This document shows, one piece after another, positions 50,920 through 64,000 of a stretch of DNA of 64,000 nt. The notes under the pieces were generated by a model, which was not told where the DNA came from, made no database searches, and was given only the letters and a program-made list of their open reading frames with translations. The stretch is from Stegostoma tigrinum (taxonomy: Eukaryota): assembly GCF_030684315.1 (NCBI RefSeq), contig NC_081379.1:23280637-23344636 (forward strand), read 5' to 3'. The position numbers and the translations under genes were made by a program. How positions within the stretch are numbered: position 1 is the stretch's first letter; each line of letters opens with the position of its first letter.

Positions 50920-52560
50920 CTTCCTTAAGTAAGGAGCTCAAAATGGTACACTGTAATCCAGATGTTTAATTGCAGCAAGACTTCTCTATTTATACATTCC
51001 ATTCCCCTTTGAATAAAGGCCAACATTCCATTTTCATTCCTAATTATTTGCTGTATGTGCTTGCTATCTTTTTGTGACTCTTGGACAAAGTCCCCAGATC
51101 CTCTGTATCACAGCATTCTACAGTATATATATATCTCTCTCTCTGTTACACAATAATTTGCTTTTCCAATCTTGCTGCCAAATTGGACCAACACATATTT
51201 TCCCCACATTATACTAGATCTGCCAATCATTTGTATATTCATTTAACCAATCTATATCTTTTTTGCATCCTCATCACATCTTGCTTTCCTGTCTAACTTT
51301 GCTTCATAAACAAATTTGACTATAGTACAGTCAAACCTTTCATCCAAGTTATTACTGTAGAATGGAAATATCTGAGATTTCATCACTGCAATATTCCACG
51401 AGTTAAGATTTGCCAACTTCAGTACGATGCATTTCTCCACGCTGTTTCCTGCTAGTTAGCCGAACCTCTACCCATGTTAATATATCAACCCTAACACCAC
51501 AAGGTTTTATCTTGTGCAGTAATCTTTAACTGGTATCTTATAAAGCCTCTTTTGAAATTCCACATATGTTACTTCTACTGTTTTCTTTTTATCTATCCTG
51601 TTTGTTGCATTCTTGAAGGACTAATAAATTTGAGAAACACAATTTCCCTTTCACAAAAATGCAATGTTACATTTTTATGGTTGTCCAGTTAGCAGGGTCA
51701 ATACCAGAATCCAGTAAACTCTGGAAGATTAAAAGTAAATGTACCAACTAACTCTGCAGCCACCTCTTTCAAGACTTAGCGTGCAGGTCACCGGATCTGG
51801 GGTATTTGTCAACCATAATCCGATTTAGTTTTCTTAGTACCTTTGTGATCATGACCATTTCAAGTTCCTCCCTAACTTCTGCTCCCTGATTTTCTACTGT
51901 TCTTTGGATGTATTTTGTATCACTTACTGTGAAGATGGATGCAAAACACTTTTTTAATATCTCTGCCATTTCCATTTTTCTCCACTATTAATTCTTCAGT
52001 GTCAACCTATAAGAAATAAATGCTCACTTCTACTACTCTTTTATATACCTATAGAAGTTTGACTTCCATTGTTATGCTTACTTTTGCTCTCATACTCTGT
52101 TACTCCTTTTCCCCCCCCCAAAGTTATCCTTTGGTGGTTTCTAGAACTTTGCTGATCTTCTTACCTATTACTATTTTTTGCAGCATTACTATCTTTTCTT
52201 TCAAGTTGATACCATTTCCCTAGTTTGTCACAGACAGGGCACCTTGTCAAAGTCTTCTCAGTGAAATAGATCATTGTCAAAACCTATGAACTATCCCTTC
52301 AAATAGCTGCCACTACTTCACCATTTTATCTTTTAATCATTTTTTTACATTCCATTTTAATCAAATCTGTCTTCATAAAAACAAATGAAAGCAATTTATC
52401 AAAGAGTAAGACACCAATGTCACACCAATATTTCTCATCTTCAAACTGAATATGAAATTCTACAATGTTACACTTACTCCTGTCAAGTGGAACCTTTACA
52501 ATAAGGTGATTAATTTATCTTGTCTCATACACATTACCAGCTCTGAAAAACCTAGGTGGT
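50920..52560 (-). mobile_element. Old CR1 LINE remnant
   Basis: MAEILKKCFASIFT (ORF 51769-51975) and other degenerate CR1 ORF2 motifs. Confidence 0.7.
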
Positions 52561-52962
52561 TCTAGAAAGTATTGTTCTAAAAAAAGCTGTCCTGAATACA
52601 CACACTACAAACCCATATGCAAGTTATCTTTACCAATTTGATTCACCCAAACTCAATAAAGGTTAAACTCTTCACAGTACCTTACAAAACTCCATTTTGC
52701 TTGATATATACCACAGGGCATATATTATCAGAGCACCTATAAACCATTCCCAGTAACACTTCCCTTGCTATTTCTTTATTCAAATTGATCTACGTTATAT
52801 CCTCTGCAGCATGATCAATTTTGATTACTGTACCAATGTCTAACCGAGATTTCCTAAAGGTCAACTGCAGAGTTATCTTCCATTGCTGAGAAATTTCTCA
52901 ATTGAATCAAATCATGGCCCTTACGTCAAATCAAAATTTTGAAAAACCAAGGTAGAATCAAG

Positions 52963-53091
52963 GGTCACTGGACCTGAAACGTTAACTCTGTTTTTTCCTT
53001 CACAGATGCTGCCAGATCTGCTGAGCTTTTCCAGCAACTTTGTTTTTGTTCCTGATTTACAGCATCCGCAGTTCTTCGGTTTTTATTCTGT
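52963..53091 (+). mobile_element. Short Penelope-terminus insertion
   Basis: Same family as 46211-46417, right arm only; 11-bp TSD GTAGAATCAAG at 52952-52962 and 53092-53102. Confidence 0.8.
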
Positions 53092-53139
53092 GTAGAATCA
53101 AGTGATGGTTTGTCTTGAAAGTTGCTTCATAAAGTACTG

Positions 53140-54816
53140 AATTATAAGGAAAGGGACCATGTTGTGAATGAGAACTTTGAGGAGCAGGAAAACAGGCTTG
53201 AACAGATCGAGATTGAGGAAGTTGATGTGCTGGAAATTTTAGCGAACATTAAGATTTGTAAGTCCCCAGGGCCAGACCAAATTTATCCTAGGTTGCTCCG
53301 GGAAGCGAGAAAGGAGGTTGCTAAGCCGCTGGCAAAGATCTTTGCTTCCTCACTCTCCACGGGAGTCGTACCGGAAGATTGGAGGGAGGCAAATGTTGTT
53401 CCTCTTTTCAAGAAAGGGAATAGGGAAATTCCTGGAAATTACAGGCCAGTCAGTCTTATGTCTGTGGTCAGCAAGGTTTTGGAAAGAATTCTGAGGGATA
53501 GGATTTATGACCATTTGGGAAAGCATAGCATGATTAAAGGGAGGCAGCATGGCTTTGTGAGGGGCAGGTCATGCCTCACATATCTTATTGAGTTCTTTGG
53601 GGAGGTCACGAGACAAGTTTACGAGGGTCGAGCAGTGGATGTGGTGTACATGTACTTCAGCAAGGCATTTGATAAGGTTCCCCACGGCAGGCTCATTCAT
53701 AAAGTCAGGAGGTATGGGATACAGGTTGATTTGGCTGTCTGGATTCAGAATTGGTTGGGTGACAGGAGGCAGAGAGTGGTTGTAGATGGTAAGTATTCTG
53801 CCTGGAGGTCAGTGCTGAGTGGTGTCCCGCAGGGCTCTGTTCTTGGGCCTCTGCTCTTTGTAGTTTTTATAAATGACTTGAATGAGGAGGTTGAGGGGTG
53901 GGTTAGTATGTTTGCTGATGACACAAAGGTTGGAGGTGCCGTTTATAGTATCGAGGGCTATTGCAGGCTTCAGTGAGACACTGGCAGTATGCAGAGCTGG
54001 GCTGAGAAATGGCAGATGGAGTTCAACCTGGATAAATGCGAGGTGATGCATTTTGGAAGGTCGAACTTAAATGCTGAATATAGGATTAAAGGCAGGAATT
54101 TCGGCAGTGTGGAGGAACAGCGGGATCTTGGTGTTAAAGTGCATAGCTCCCTCAAAGTTGCCACCCAAGTGGATAAGGTTGTTAAGAAAGCATATGGTGT
54201 TTTGGCTTTCATTAACAGGGGGATCGAGTTTAAGAGCCACGAGGTTATGCTGCAGCTCTACAAAACCCTGGTGAGACCACACTTGGAATATTGTGTCCAG
54301 TTCTGGTCGCCCTATTATAGGAAAGATGAGGCGGCTTTGGAGAGGGTGCAAAGGAGATTTACCAGGATGCTGCCCGGACTGGAGGGCTTGTCTTACGAGG
54401 AGAGGTTGACTGAGCTCGGACTTTTCTCTCTGGAGAGAAGGAGGAAGAGAGGTGACCTGATCGAGGTGTACAAGGTAATGAGAGGCATGGATAGAGTCGA
54501 TAGCCAGAGACTTTTCCCCAGGGCAGGATTGACTGCCACGAGGGGTCATAGTTTTAAGGTGTTAGGAGGAAGGTATAGTGGAGACGTCAGAGGGAGGTTC
54601 TTCACCCAGAGAGTTGTGAGCACATGGAATAGTTTGCCAGTGGTAGTCGTGGAAGCGGAGTCATTAGTGACATTTAAGCAACCACTGGACATGCACATGG
54701 ACAGCAGTGAATTGAGGGGAGTGTAGGTTAGGTTATTTTATTTTTGGATTAGGATTATTCCACGGCACAACGTCGTGGGCCGAAGGGCCTGTACTGTGCT
54801 GTACTGTTCTATGTTG
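53140..54816 (+). mobile_element. Young 5'-truncated CR1 LINE (ORF2 reverse transcriptase)
   Basis: ORFs 53122-53976 and 53989-54726 share a frame, split by one TGA; KSPGPD, NYRPVSL, QHGF, GVPQGSVLGP, FADD and RPHLEYCVQFW motifs; CR1 3' tail; imperfect TSD ATAA[A/G]GTACTG. Confidence 0.95.
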
Positions 54817-55821
54817 ATAAGGTACTGTGATATGTCATTTCAAAACTCCAAAGTCTTACACATTAGAAATAATGGTGAATCAATGAATAGGTAAATTGCA
54901 CATTGTCCTGTGTATTTTATATTGTTGGAAGGTTTGAAACTTTTTTCCTTTTATGAGGGTCTGACAGAAATATACATTAAACAATGTGAAACATCTTCAC
55001 TTTTAAAATGAATGCTCAAGGTGTACACATCACTGTCAGTGTTTACTGTCCATCCGTAGTTACCCTGACAACTAAGTAGATTGTTAGGCCACCTCAGTGA
55101 GCAATTAAGAGTTAATCATATTGGCGTGGGACAGGAAATGCACTTCATAAATTTAGAAATAGAAGTGAAACACAGACAAGTCTAAAATTCCACCACAGTG
55201 TTTGAAAGCATTTACATTTATAAATAATTCAACTAAGAACACAAAATTGCCACACACAATTCTAAAACAAAATCAACTCTCTGGAGTTTTTAAGCAGCTC
55301 AAGCAGCCCTTCAGATCAGCAACCTAAAGTAGTCATTTTGAGATTTGGTGTGCTAGGCAAGATCAGAGAAAACCACCCCAAGAATTTTGCTGCCCTCAAT
55401 AGTCACCCAATTCTGTCCTGCAAAACACAACACCCAGGCAGAATGGGAATACAGTAAATTTTTAGACTTGCATTTAAGATCATCAGAAAATTAAAGTAAT
55501 TTACATTTTCAAAGACAGGAGAGAAAACACAAACAGAAAACAAAATTATAAATTACAATTTAAGGAAAACAGGAAACTAATAATATTACTATACATTTCG
55601 AGAGGGTGTCTATACATGATTCCACCCTCTGAGGAGTATCATTAGACAGTCAAGATATCTGTTAAGGGACATGTAAGCAGATGAATATACATCAATGCCT
55701 CAGTGCAGAGTGGTCATATGGGATTACGTTAGTGTTTTAAAACTTCTCAATATTTAAATGCAGTCTTCTGTAACCACGGAATGATATTATCTAAGAAAAT
55801 TTGGCTAAAATTGCCTGTTAC

Positions 55822-55916
55822 CTTGGTGTGCAGAATCTGTGCTTCCATCAACAGAGACTGTCTGCATGCTGTTAGAGTGGGGGGCAGCAAGCAGTTCCAC
55901 ATCAGTTCCATCAGAC
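55822..55916 (-). CDS. SH2B3: SH2B3 linker exon between PH and SH2 domains
   Basis: TTTTATTGCAG acceptor, GTAAC donor, 95 nt, phase-compatible with the 215-nt exon; SDGTDVELLAAPHSNSMQTVSVDGSTDSAHQ. PH-domain exons not found in the window. Confidence 0.82.
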
Positions 55917-56544
55917 CTGCAATAAAACAAGTTGAAACACTTCATGCAGGTTTAATATTATCTTAATTGTACTGCATTTCATATCTCTAAGGTGTCCAAA
56001 AACCTGAAGGATTCAAACAAATGGCCCTTTGGAGCAAATGGGAAATGGCATCATACAACATCTCATGATTATCATATTTTTCAAATTTTCATTAATCATT
56101 ATCCTTTAACAACAGTTTTGGATTTTTCTCATTCCTAAACCTGCATGTGCTCACACCACTTCAAATAAAGGGACAATTATTTCCCAGGGCTTCTTAAATC
56201 AATATCAAGAAATCAAAACAAAACATTATACCCTTTTAGTGGAATTATACGATAAACTCTTCAGATTATTTGTATAAACAGTAGACAGATATTGCAGGTT
56301 GTAACCACATATTGTGCTCAATGTATTATCCCTGTGAATAGCTGTACTGTGCTCTATCACGTCAGTAAGTGATCATGACTGTTAACTTCCCCTTACTGAT
56401 TTCTCCCACTGCTATCTTTCTCCTGCTGCAGATTCAATCACTACTTCCTTTTAGGTGAGGTGAGCTATTGGTTTACACTGACAATGATGCTTTTAAGATA
56501 ATGGATAAAAGAGCAGTAAAAGAAGATAACACAATATTACACTG

Positions 56545-57960
56545 TTCCCAAAAATATTTTTATTCATAAAATCTTTAAAAATGCACAACAGTTCAAATTT
56601 GACATCAAAGTGCAATGCAGACTTCTTTTAATTTGGTACACAAGGCTCTCATTACACTTGCCATTACAGATTATATTTACATTGTACATTTCCATTTCAC
56701 ATCAAGCACTGTCTACTACGTACAGCTGGAGCAGTTCTACTTATGTTCCAGTCTCTTGCTAAACGACATGCCCTTACCCCACTGAGCCACTGCAACGGCT
56801 CTCCTTTGTGTAGTGTTATGCAGAAGACAGGAAAATGCTTGTTTGGAGACCGCAAATAGATGTATTAAGCAGAATGGTGTTCTTTGATGCTACAATATTT
56901 TACAATTCTGTGAAATTTTTGTTCATCTTTCAAAAAAGCAGTTCTGAACATTCCAATATGCCAGTCTGCTGCACTGGATCATCAACAACTCCTTGAACTG
57001 GAAGTCAAAAACGTCTCAGGCAAATCAAAGAGCTTCTTTCACCAATCTTTGGTCCTCCAATGACACCTAATGTCTGTCTCAATGTGCATTCCTCAGAACA
57101 ACCTATGACAGCTGGTAGGGATGGACTTGGACAAAAGCTTCTGCAGCTATTTCAACATCTGCTGTAAAGAGACCTTCCAGAAAAGAGTAGTTAACGGTCT
57201 CTTGCTCACTGCAGCTGTCTCGTGGGAATCTTGCAGACCTGGGATATGTGTGTGCAGGATGGATCTAACTCGGAAGGCCCATCCCACCCATTAGCTAAGC
57301 CATGTACTTGTGTATGTTTTGAGTCTTCCAAAAGGAGGCATTCTGCCAAAAAACATTGACAATCTGCTCAGGAACAATTCAACAGGATTCACCATCTCCT
57401 CCTGCTCCACATGGATTTTAAATGCAGACCACTGCCTTATGGACATCCTGCCCCTGGTGCTTTTCTGCACAAAGGTATTCACATTTGGCACAGTAAGGCT
57501 GAGGGAAGCATTCTGTGACATTGTGGTCAGATGTTATTGCTTTAGTTTGAGCCAATTCCCTCCTCCTGTTCCTTTCCCATTAAGCATGCGTCCTTAAATC
57601 TGCCTGTGTTTATATTAGTGCACTACAAGGAGAAGCCTATAATAAGCTAGCACCCCTGATGCTCTGTAGTCTGCCAGGTGGATCCCAGTGCATCAGCAGC
57701 AATAAGTACATACTGTATTCCTCTTTGAAGTGCAATAATTGTAACTGGAAAATAACCTTACATACCAACAAGAAAAAGCTAGCATGGTAAACCTGAGCCA
57801 CTTCAAAGCTGTCTTGAGTAAAACTGATGGATAGCTCCCAGCAGGAGCTATGTCCCAGGGATGCACCTTGGCATTATTTTTTGTGCCATCTCATTACAGT
57901 ACCACTGCTAAAAGCAGCAGGATCACAAAGTGGATGGTGATGGCATTCTCACTATTTTTT
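56545..57960 (-). mobile_element. Decayed L1/Tx1-clade LINE 3' portion
   Basis: Minus translation VKEAL*FA*DVFDFQFKELLMIQCSRLAYWNVQN and VRSILH resemble the Tx1-type ORF2 C-terminus; A-rich 3' end near 56550. Confidence 0.6.
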
Positions 57961-60900
57961 CTTGCCCATAATACAGCATTAAAAGCAGTCTCTCATTATA
58001 TTTCTCATCAAAGACATATTATTGATTAACTTTGAAGAGAAATATTGTCTGACTAGCTTAGCAACAAAGCAAACCCCAATACAAAGCCTCACTCACACTC
58101 CGACATTTGAGCTGTTGTATGGAATCAGCAAACATGACAAAAAATGAATGAATTTAGAAGTTTCTATTTAAAAATAAAGTGCCTTATTCACTACGGATAC
58201 ACAAATACATTAATAACTCACAGAAAAATATTGTTTCTGTTGCTCATTACTAATTGGATGTTTAAATTATTACTGTATCTCAATCATGAACTGCCAAAAT
58301 AAATACTGCACTTTACCAGTTCAAATCACATTGGAAGATAACTGTCTACATTTCAATACACTGTGAATAAGTGAAATAGGGGTTGGAAAAAGAAGCAAAG
58401 TAGTCCGGATATGGGTTACAGGTAATCTGTACGTCAGTGGGGTCTGGGCCAACTCAGGCTATTAGTTTTCACACAGTTAGTCAGGAAATGTGAATCTAAT
58501 TCATGGAAACATGAGGAAAGTGGCTGAGAGAAGACAGAGTGCAGAGTTCTGTAAATCTCACCATGATTAATTGCTGACACATTTCTCGGTATTTGAATAA
58601 CAGGAAAAGCCTCTCACTGAGGCAATCAGGAGGCCCAGATGATATACAAACCCTGCAGGCCAACATGTGCTTCCTGAATTTCCTGTCATACAGGCAACTA
58701 TTGTCACCGTTGATCGAGATAACTGCAAAAAAAAATCTTTTTTGTTTTTATTCCTTCATTTCACTCAATTTCTAATTCCAGATTTAAACATTACACATTT
58801 TAAAAAATAAAAACAATCTATTGTATTCTTTAGAAATTCTCGCTCATTTAAGTCATTTGTATTTAACATTTCACTGTTGATGCCAACTGTAGAACTGGCC
58901 TGTAGTTAAACAATGAAATACGGAAGTTATTAACAGGTACCAAGTTCATTCACATTCATGAAACTACTTGAAGTGGAGCAGTTAACTCACTGAAATATAA
59001 TGGTATTATTTTAACAATTTAGCTCAGGGTTAGACCAGAAGACCATAACACATAGGAATAGGAACAGGCAGTTGAACCTATCAGCTGCTCTGCCAATTAG
59101 ATTATGGTTGATCTGACAATCTTCAACTCAATTTTCCTGCATCAAGCCCGTAACCCTCGACTCCTCTGCGAATTACAAATCTGTGTCTCACAGCCTTAAA
59201 TATAACTTAGCCTTGCCAGCACTCTGTGATAAAGAGTTTCACAGATTTTTTTTATCCTCAGAATAAACAAAACCTCTTTGCGTAGCTTAATTGGGCTGGT
59301 AAATGGGATTAGAATATTGGGCGCTTGTAATGACCAGTGTAAACTCAAAGGACTGAAAGGTCATTTTCTGTGCTGTAGACCACTATAATACTGGACCCAC
59401 AACAGTAACCATGGGCTCAAATTTTATTAGTTAGCCTTACATGCAGTATCTTATTGAATGTCTTTTGCAAATCCAAATATATTACATCTACTGTTTTGCC
59501 TTTATCTATCCTGCTTAGCACCTTCTCAAACAGGTCAAATAAAATTGTTAGGCATGATTTTCCCTTCCTGAAGGCTTGGCTACTCTGCACAATTATATTA
59601 TGCATTTCTAACTGCTATTTTATTACATTTAATACTCTAATATTCTCCAACTGACTGATGTTAAGCCAGTTGGCTTATGGTTTCCTAATATTTTGACTCC
59701 CTTTCATTTTGAAAATGTTGGCATTTTTTTGATTGTCTGGGTCTTTTCTAGTTTATGGATTTTAAAATCTTTCTTACACTACAATTAAAAGAACATTTTA
59801 ATAAATCCCAATGTACTCAGAATCACTCCATGGATCTGATGGGTGAAGAGACTTTGCCTTCTGACAATTTCTTGAGTGATACTGTGGACAATGATGGGAC
59901 ATTTAGATTTTTTTTTTTAGGTTGAGACCTATCAGCATTAATATACCAAACCCTGTAGTGAAGGGGAATTGATGACATAGACTAGGCTAAGAACATGGAA
60001 GCCCCTACATGTACATACAAGCAACAGACATACAAAGGCTGTTGGACATCTCTGTTGAGATAGAGACACCTTTGAGCAGCAGCATCTGTGACTGGCAAGT
60101 TCTCTTTAGTATACCTTCTACTTATCACAAATAGGGAAGAGGCATAAAAGAGGTGCTCCACAAATAAGCTGTCCCTAACTTCCTCCTGGTCAGGAAGTTT
60201 CACCCTGCAGGTTACAATCTGTGTGGTCAAATAGAGAAAACTAACTTCTGCGATTTAGAATTTTAAAATATTCGTCAGCAATCTCAAGGGTGGCTATTCA
60301 AAAAAGGCAGCAATCTTATCTCATGAATCATCAAGACTCTGAATTGACATAATTGTTCCCAGTGGAACCTGACTTTCAGGTAGGGACAACCGAATGAACA
60401 GGCAGTTCCATACGCCCTCCACCAGAAGAGAAAAATTGACAGTGACTCTCCTATCCATGGAGTCGATTTTGTAACCTGAAATTGAATTCTATGTGCACTT
60501 GAAGAATGAAAAATGTAATCAACATACCCTGTTTGCTCCACTAGGCAGTTTGCATGGATTGTGTCGACTAACTAATGAGAAAAGTAGTCTATATTTTAGT
60601 TTAAATGTTATCTAGACAATAATTCTGAATAATGCCCCAGATGAACTTCTCTTCTGTTTCAACTTTTTGAAATGTATATATCTTGTCCAATTGTTTCTAA
60701 AATTTTGGAGCTGCCTCTTTGAATTTTCAATCCCCAAGTTTTTTTTATTTGCAATTCTAACCACTTCTAATTCCACGTCACTTATGTAAATGTGAAATAG
60801 TCCCATTACCGACAAAACCTGAAGTACCACAATCCAAACTTCCCCACAATGACATAATTTCTCCGACTAGTATTCGTTTCCTGCAGCTTAGTGGGTTGCT

Positions 60901-62199
60901 TCATCCATTCCAGTAACTTACACTTCTTCATTACAATTTTGTATCAAATTAATAAATAATGTGAAAGTTAATCAAAATACTTTTTAGAAATCAATGTACA
61001 ACACGTGAGACGGTTTCAAACAATTCAGTTGGGTTGCCATTTCTTAAAGGAGTGAAGAAGATCAGGCAGAATTTTCTTCTGTCTAAATCCATGTTGACTG
61101 CTTTCATCAGATTGTTCTATAGAAAATCTTGATTTTTTCTGATAATCCAGTTCAGTTATTTTACATGTATTGGCAGGATGATTAATTAGAAAACAGGAGC
61201 AGTAGGCCATTTGGCCCCTTGAGTCTGCTCCGCCAATCAATGAAATCATGGCTCATCTTACACCTCTGCCATTTTGCCACACTGCTCCACATCCCTCAAT
61301 ATCTGGTATTTGTTCATTGGCTTCTACTTACCTGTATAGCTTTTCTGAATATACATAATGTGTCACCAACACTCACCTTAAAACAAATGGTATTATGGCA
61401 CAGGACTATAATTAGGCCTCAGTTAGAACATCATACTCAGGTTTGGATTCATCATTCAACTAACTAATGGTAGTTAATACTGGGATTTAGGAAGGGTATA
61501 GGAGAAGCCAAAATTCACTACATATTGGTTGCTAAGATAGGTCATAAGAGTTGGGGCTCCACATCACAGCACTATAGACTTAGGATGGTTATAATTGAGA
61601 CATATAATGGGACAGTTCTGTTGTGCTATCAAGCCTCACTGGGAAGACAGTGTGCTGGAAATCAAGCCCCACTATTGCTGGGGTTGCCGTAAAACTTGAA
61701 ATGTTTTAACAAAGTACACAAAGTCCCTGACTGGTACTCGGATTACCAGAAAACATGGGGATAAACAGCTGGTTTTCTTTAGTTTCAACTATGTACTGGG
61801 GAGTGGGAGAGACTGAGAGCACGGGAGAGAGGGAGGGACACTGACGCCACCAGACATTTCAATGGTCTGAAGTCTTTGTCAGTATCATTCATACACACAA
61901 ACTCTTCATCTACCCAAGAGCTAGTTAGATAGTTATTGCCAGCCTGTTATCCACAACTGGTCACAACTCCACAAACCAATAAGTGACCTGTTGCTGGCCT
62001 AATATTACTCTGTATACACACACTGGAGTGGTGCCATCTTACACCTTCCTCCACTCTGGCAAAGTAACATTGTAAACACGAGTTTCAGAAATATATGTTT
62101 TTTAAAAGTAATTCCTTCCTCAATTCTTCATTGTAAGACAGTCCTCTTCCCAGTTCAGCCCACCTTAAAAATCAAGTAAAATGAAAAGATGTGGGACTT

Positions 62200-63170
62200 T
62201 ATATTTGATTGGACCTTGCTCCTGAATTTATATCTACTCCATGCCCCATCCCCCTACCTTTTTAAAGTTTCCCAGTTTAAAACATCTCAACAGCCCTAGC
62301 AAGCCTCCCAGCAAGGATATCGGACCTATTCAGGTTCAAGTGCAACCCATTCCAGTCCCAGTTACCACAGAAGCTGTCCCAATGATCCAAAAATCTAAAG
62401 ACATCCTTCCTACACCATCCCTTTAGCTGCATGTTCATCTGACCTATTTTCCTATTCATGCTCAGTAGCATATGGCACTGGAATTGCCAGAGATTACAGT
62501 CTTAGTAGTCTTCCTCTTTAATCCCCGACTCTCTCAATTCCCATTGCAGGGCCACATTTCTTTTTGACCCATGTCGTTGGGACCGACATGCTCCATAACT
62601 GCTGACTGTTCATTCTCTCCCTTCAGAATGCCCTCAACCTTCTGAGTCATCCCCGATCCTGGCTCCAGGGAGGCAACATACCATTTGGAAGGTCTCATTT
62701 GCTGCCACAGAACTGCCTGCTGGTTTTCCTTACAATCAAGTCCCCAGTCACTAAAGCTCTCCCAGTCTTTTGTCTCCCTTTCCGTACAGAAGAGACAACT
62801 GTGGTACCACAAACTTTGCTGTTGCTGCTTTCCCCTAAGAGGGCCCTCCTCCAACAATATGCAACATGGTATTTCAAGGTATATTGAGAGAGGATAGTCA
62901 CAGGGAATTCCTGCACCATCTGCCCACGCTTGCCAGCCTTCCAGGTAGGTCACTTAATGCTTTTCTGCCTGTGTAGCCCTTACTAGTGCAGTGACCAGCT
63001 CACTAAATGTGCTACCCACAACAGCCTCAGCATCCTGGGTGCTCCATAGTGGGTTTACTTACAGCTCCAGGTGCTCCACACTCTTCCTACATACGTGGTC
63101 ACCATGGACACTGGAAGTATACTGGGGGGCATACATTGAGAGAATCTTTTCCCCATGGCAGACATGTCCA
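62200..63170 (-). mobile_element. CR1 LINE ORF1 remnant (zinc finger + SGNH esterase)
   Basis: Frameshifted segments DHVCRKSVEHLEL, RALVTGDLIVRKTSRQFCG, EHVGPNDMG and WCRKDVFRFLDHWD...GLHLN, as in CR1 ORF1p. Confidence 0.8.
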
Positions 63171-64000
63171 AGACCAGACTGCTTAAGTGTTAAGGTGAGG
63201 AGTAAATGGTTTAGAGAAGATCCGAGAGAAAAAAAAAGCAAACATTCAGCTAGAGGGTGGTACAAACTTGCTGCCTGGCAGGGTGTTGGAAGCAAGTACT
63301 CTCACATTTAAAAAGCAGCTGGATTAGTAGTTAAAATGTCACAGCAGAGTAGGTTATGGACCAAATGAGATTAATGCAGTTTGGTTTTGTTGGCTGACGT
63401 AAACATGGTGGGCTGAAGGGTCTTTTCTATGCTGTATGACTATGACAATTTTTTCACTTTCACAATGCTCCTGAAGCCTCATAATGCACACATCAGTCTA
63501 AATGCATTAGTGAAGTGCAATCACTTGGATTTAGCTGTGATTATAACAGCATGAAGCAAGTACACTTCATGACCCTTAAACTGGGGAACTGATTTCCCCT
63601 AAGTCATTCAACATTATAAGAAAGTATTTTGCCCTAAATAGAAAACATGATTCACAATGACCACTTCCTGCAAGGCCTGTCCAATGAATCATTCCTGTTC
63701 AAGTGAACATTTTTATGCATGAGCTCAGCAAGAGTCAGCAAAGATTTTAACCAATACCACTACAAAGCTCAATGATATGAATAAACGTCCAAATTTTAAA
63801 AAAACACTAAGTAGTTACCGAGAGCAGGAGGAAAGCTGATTTCTCTCATCCAAGCAACGTTATGCTGTGACTGATTGTATTCCTCCCACTAACACCTTGT
63901 GTATGAGATCACAAACTCAGCACTGGCCAGGGATGAAACCAGTGTTAATTATTTTTTCATCATCCTGTTCAGAATAGGTTCTGATTCATCTCCATGGTAG

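Noticed and set aside
55917-64000. SH2B3 PH-domain exons
   Set aside because: No segment with a PH-like translation and proper splice sites was found; they probably lie beyond the window.

Overview
AT-rich eukaryotic genomic DNA, most likely from a shark or other cartilaginous fish (HE1-type V-SINEs, dense CR1 LINEs, Penelope-like elements). The + strand carries the last nine coding exons and 3' UTR of ATXN2 (PAM2 exon at 1803 to the C-terminal VQAHHQQQL* ending at 15963). The - strand carries the last four coding exons of SH2B3/LNK (55916 down to 25382; SH2 domain and C-terminal DNQY motif) plus a long 3' UTR. The genes are tail-to-tail, as in human. Most ORFs in the supplied track are transposon fragments or noise. 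Most notable: (1) short Penelope-derived elements carrying minimal type-I hammerhead ribozyme cores, some as long fold-back palindromes, with target-site duplications on several copies; (2) an ATXN2 exon whose 3' splice site appears to come from one of these element tails; (3) a duplicated ATF4/CEBP + MiT/TFE composite motif, a haematopoietic TF motif cluster and three miR-30 8mer sites in SH2B3; (4) closely opposed and duplicated poly(A) signals between the genes. Family assignments come from manual reading and recalled homology, not database searches. Repeat boundaries are approximate.
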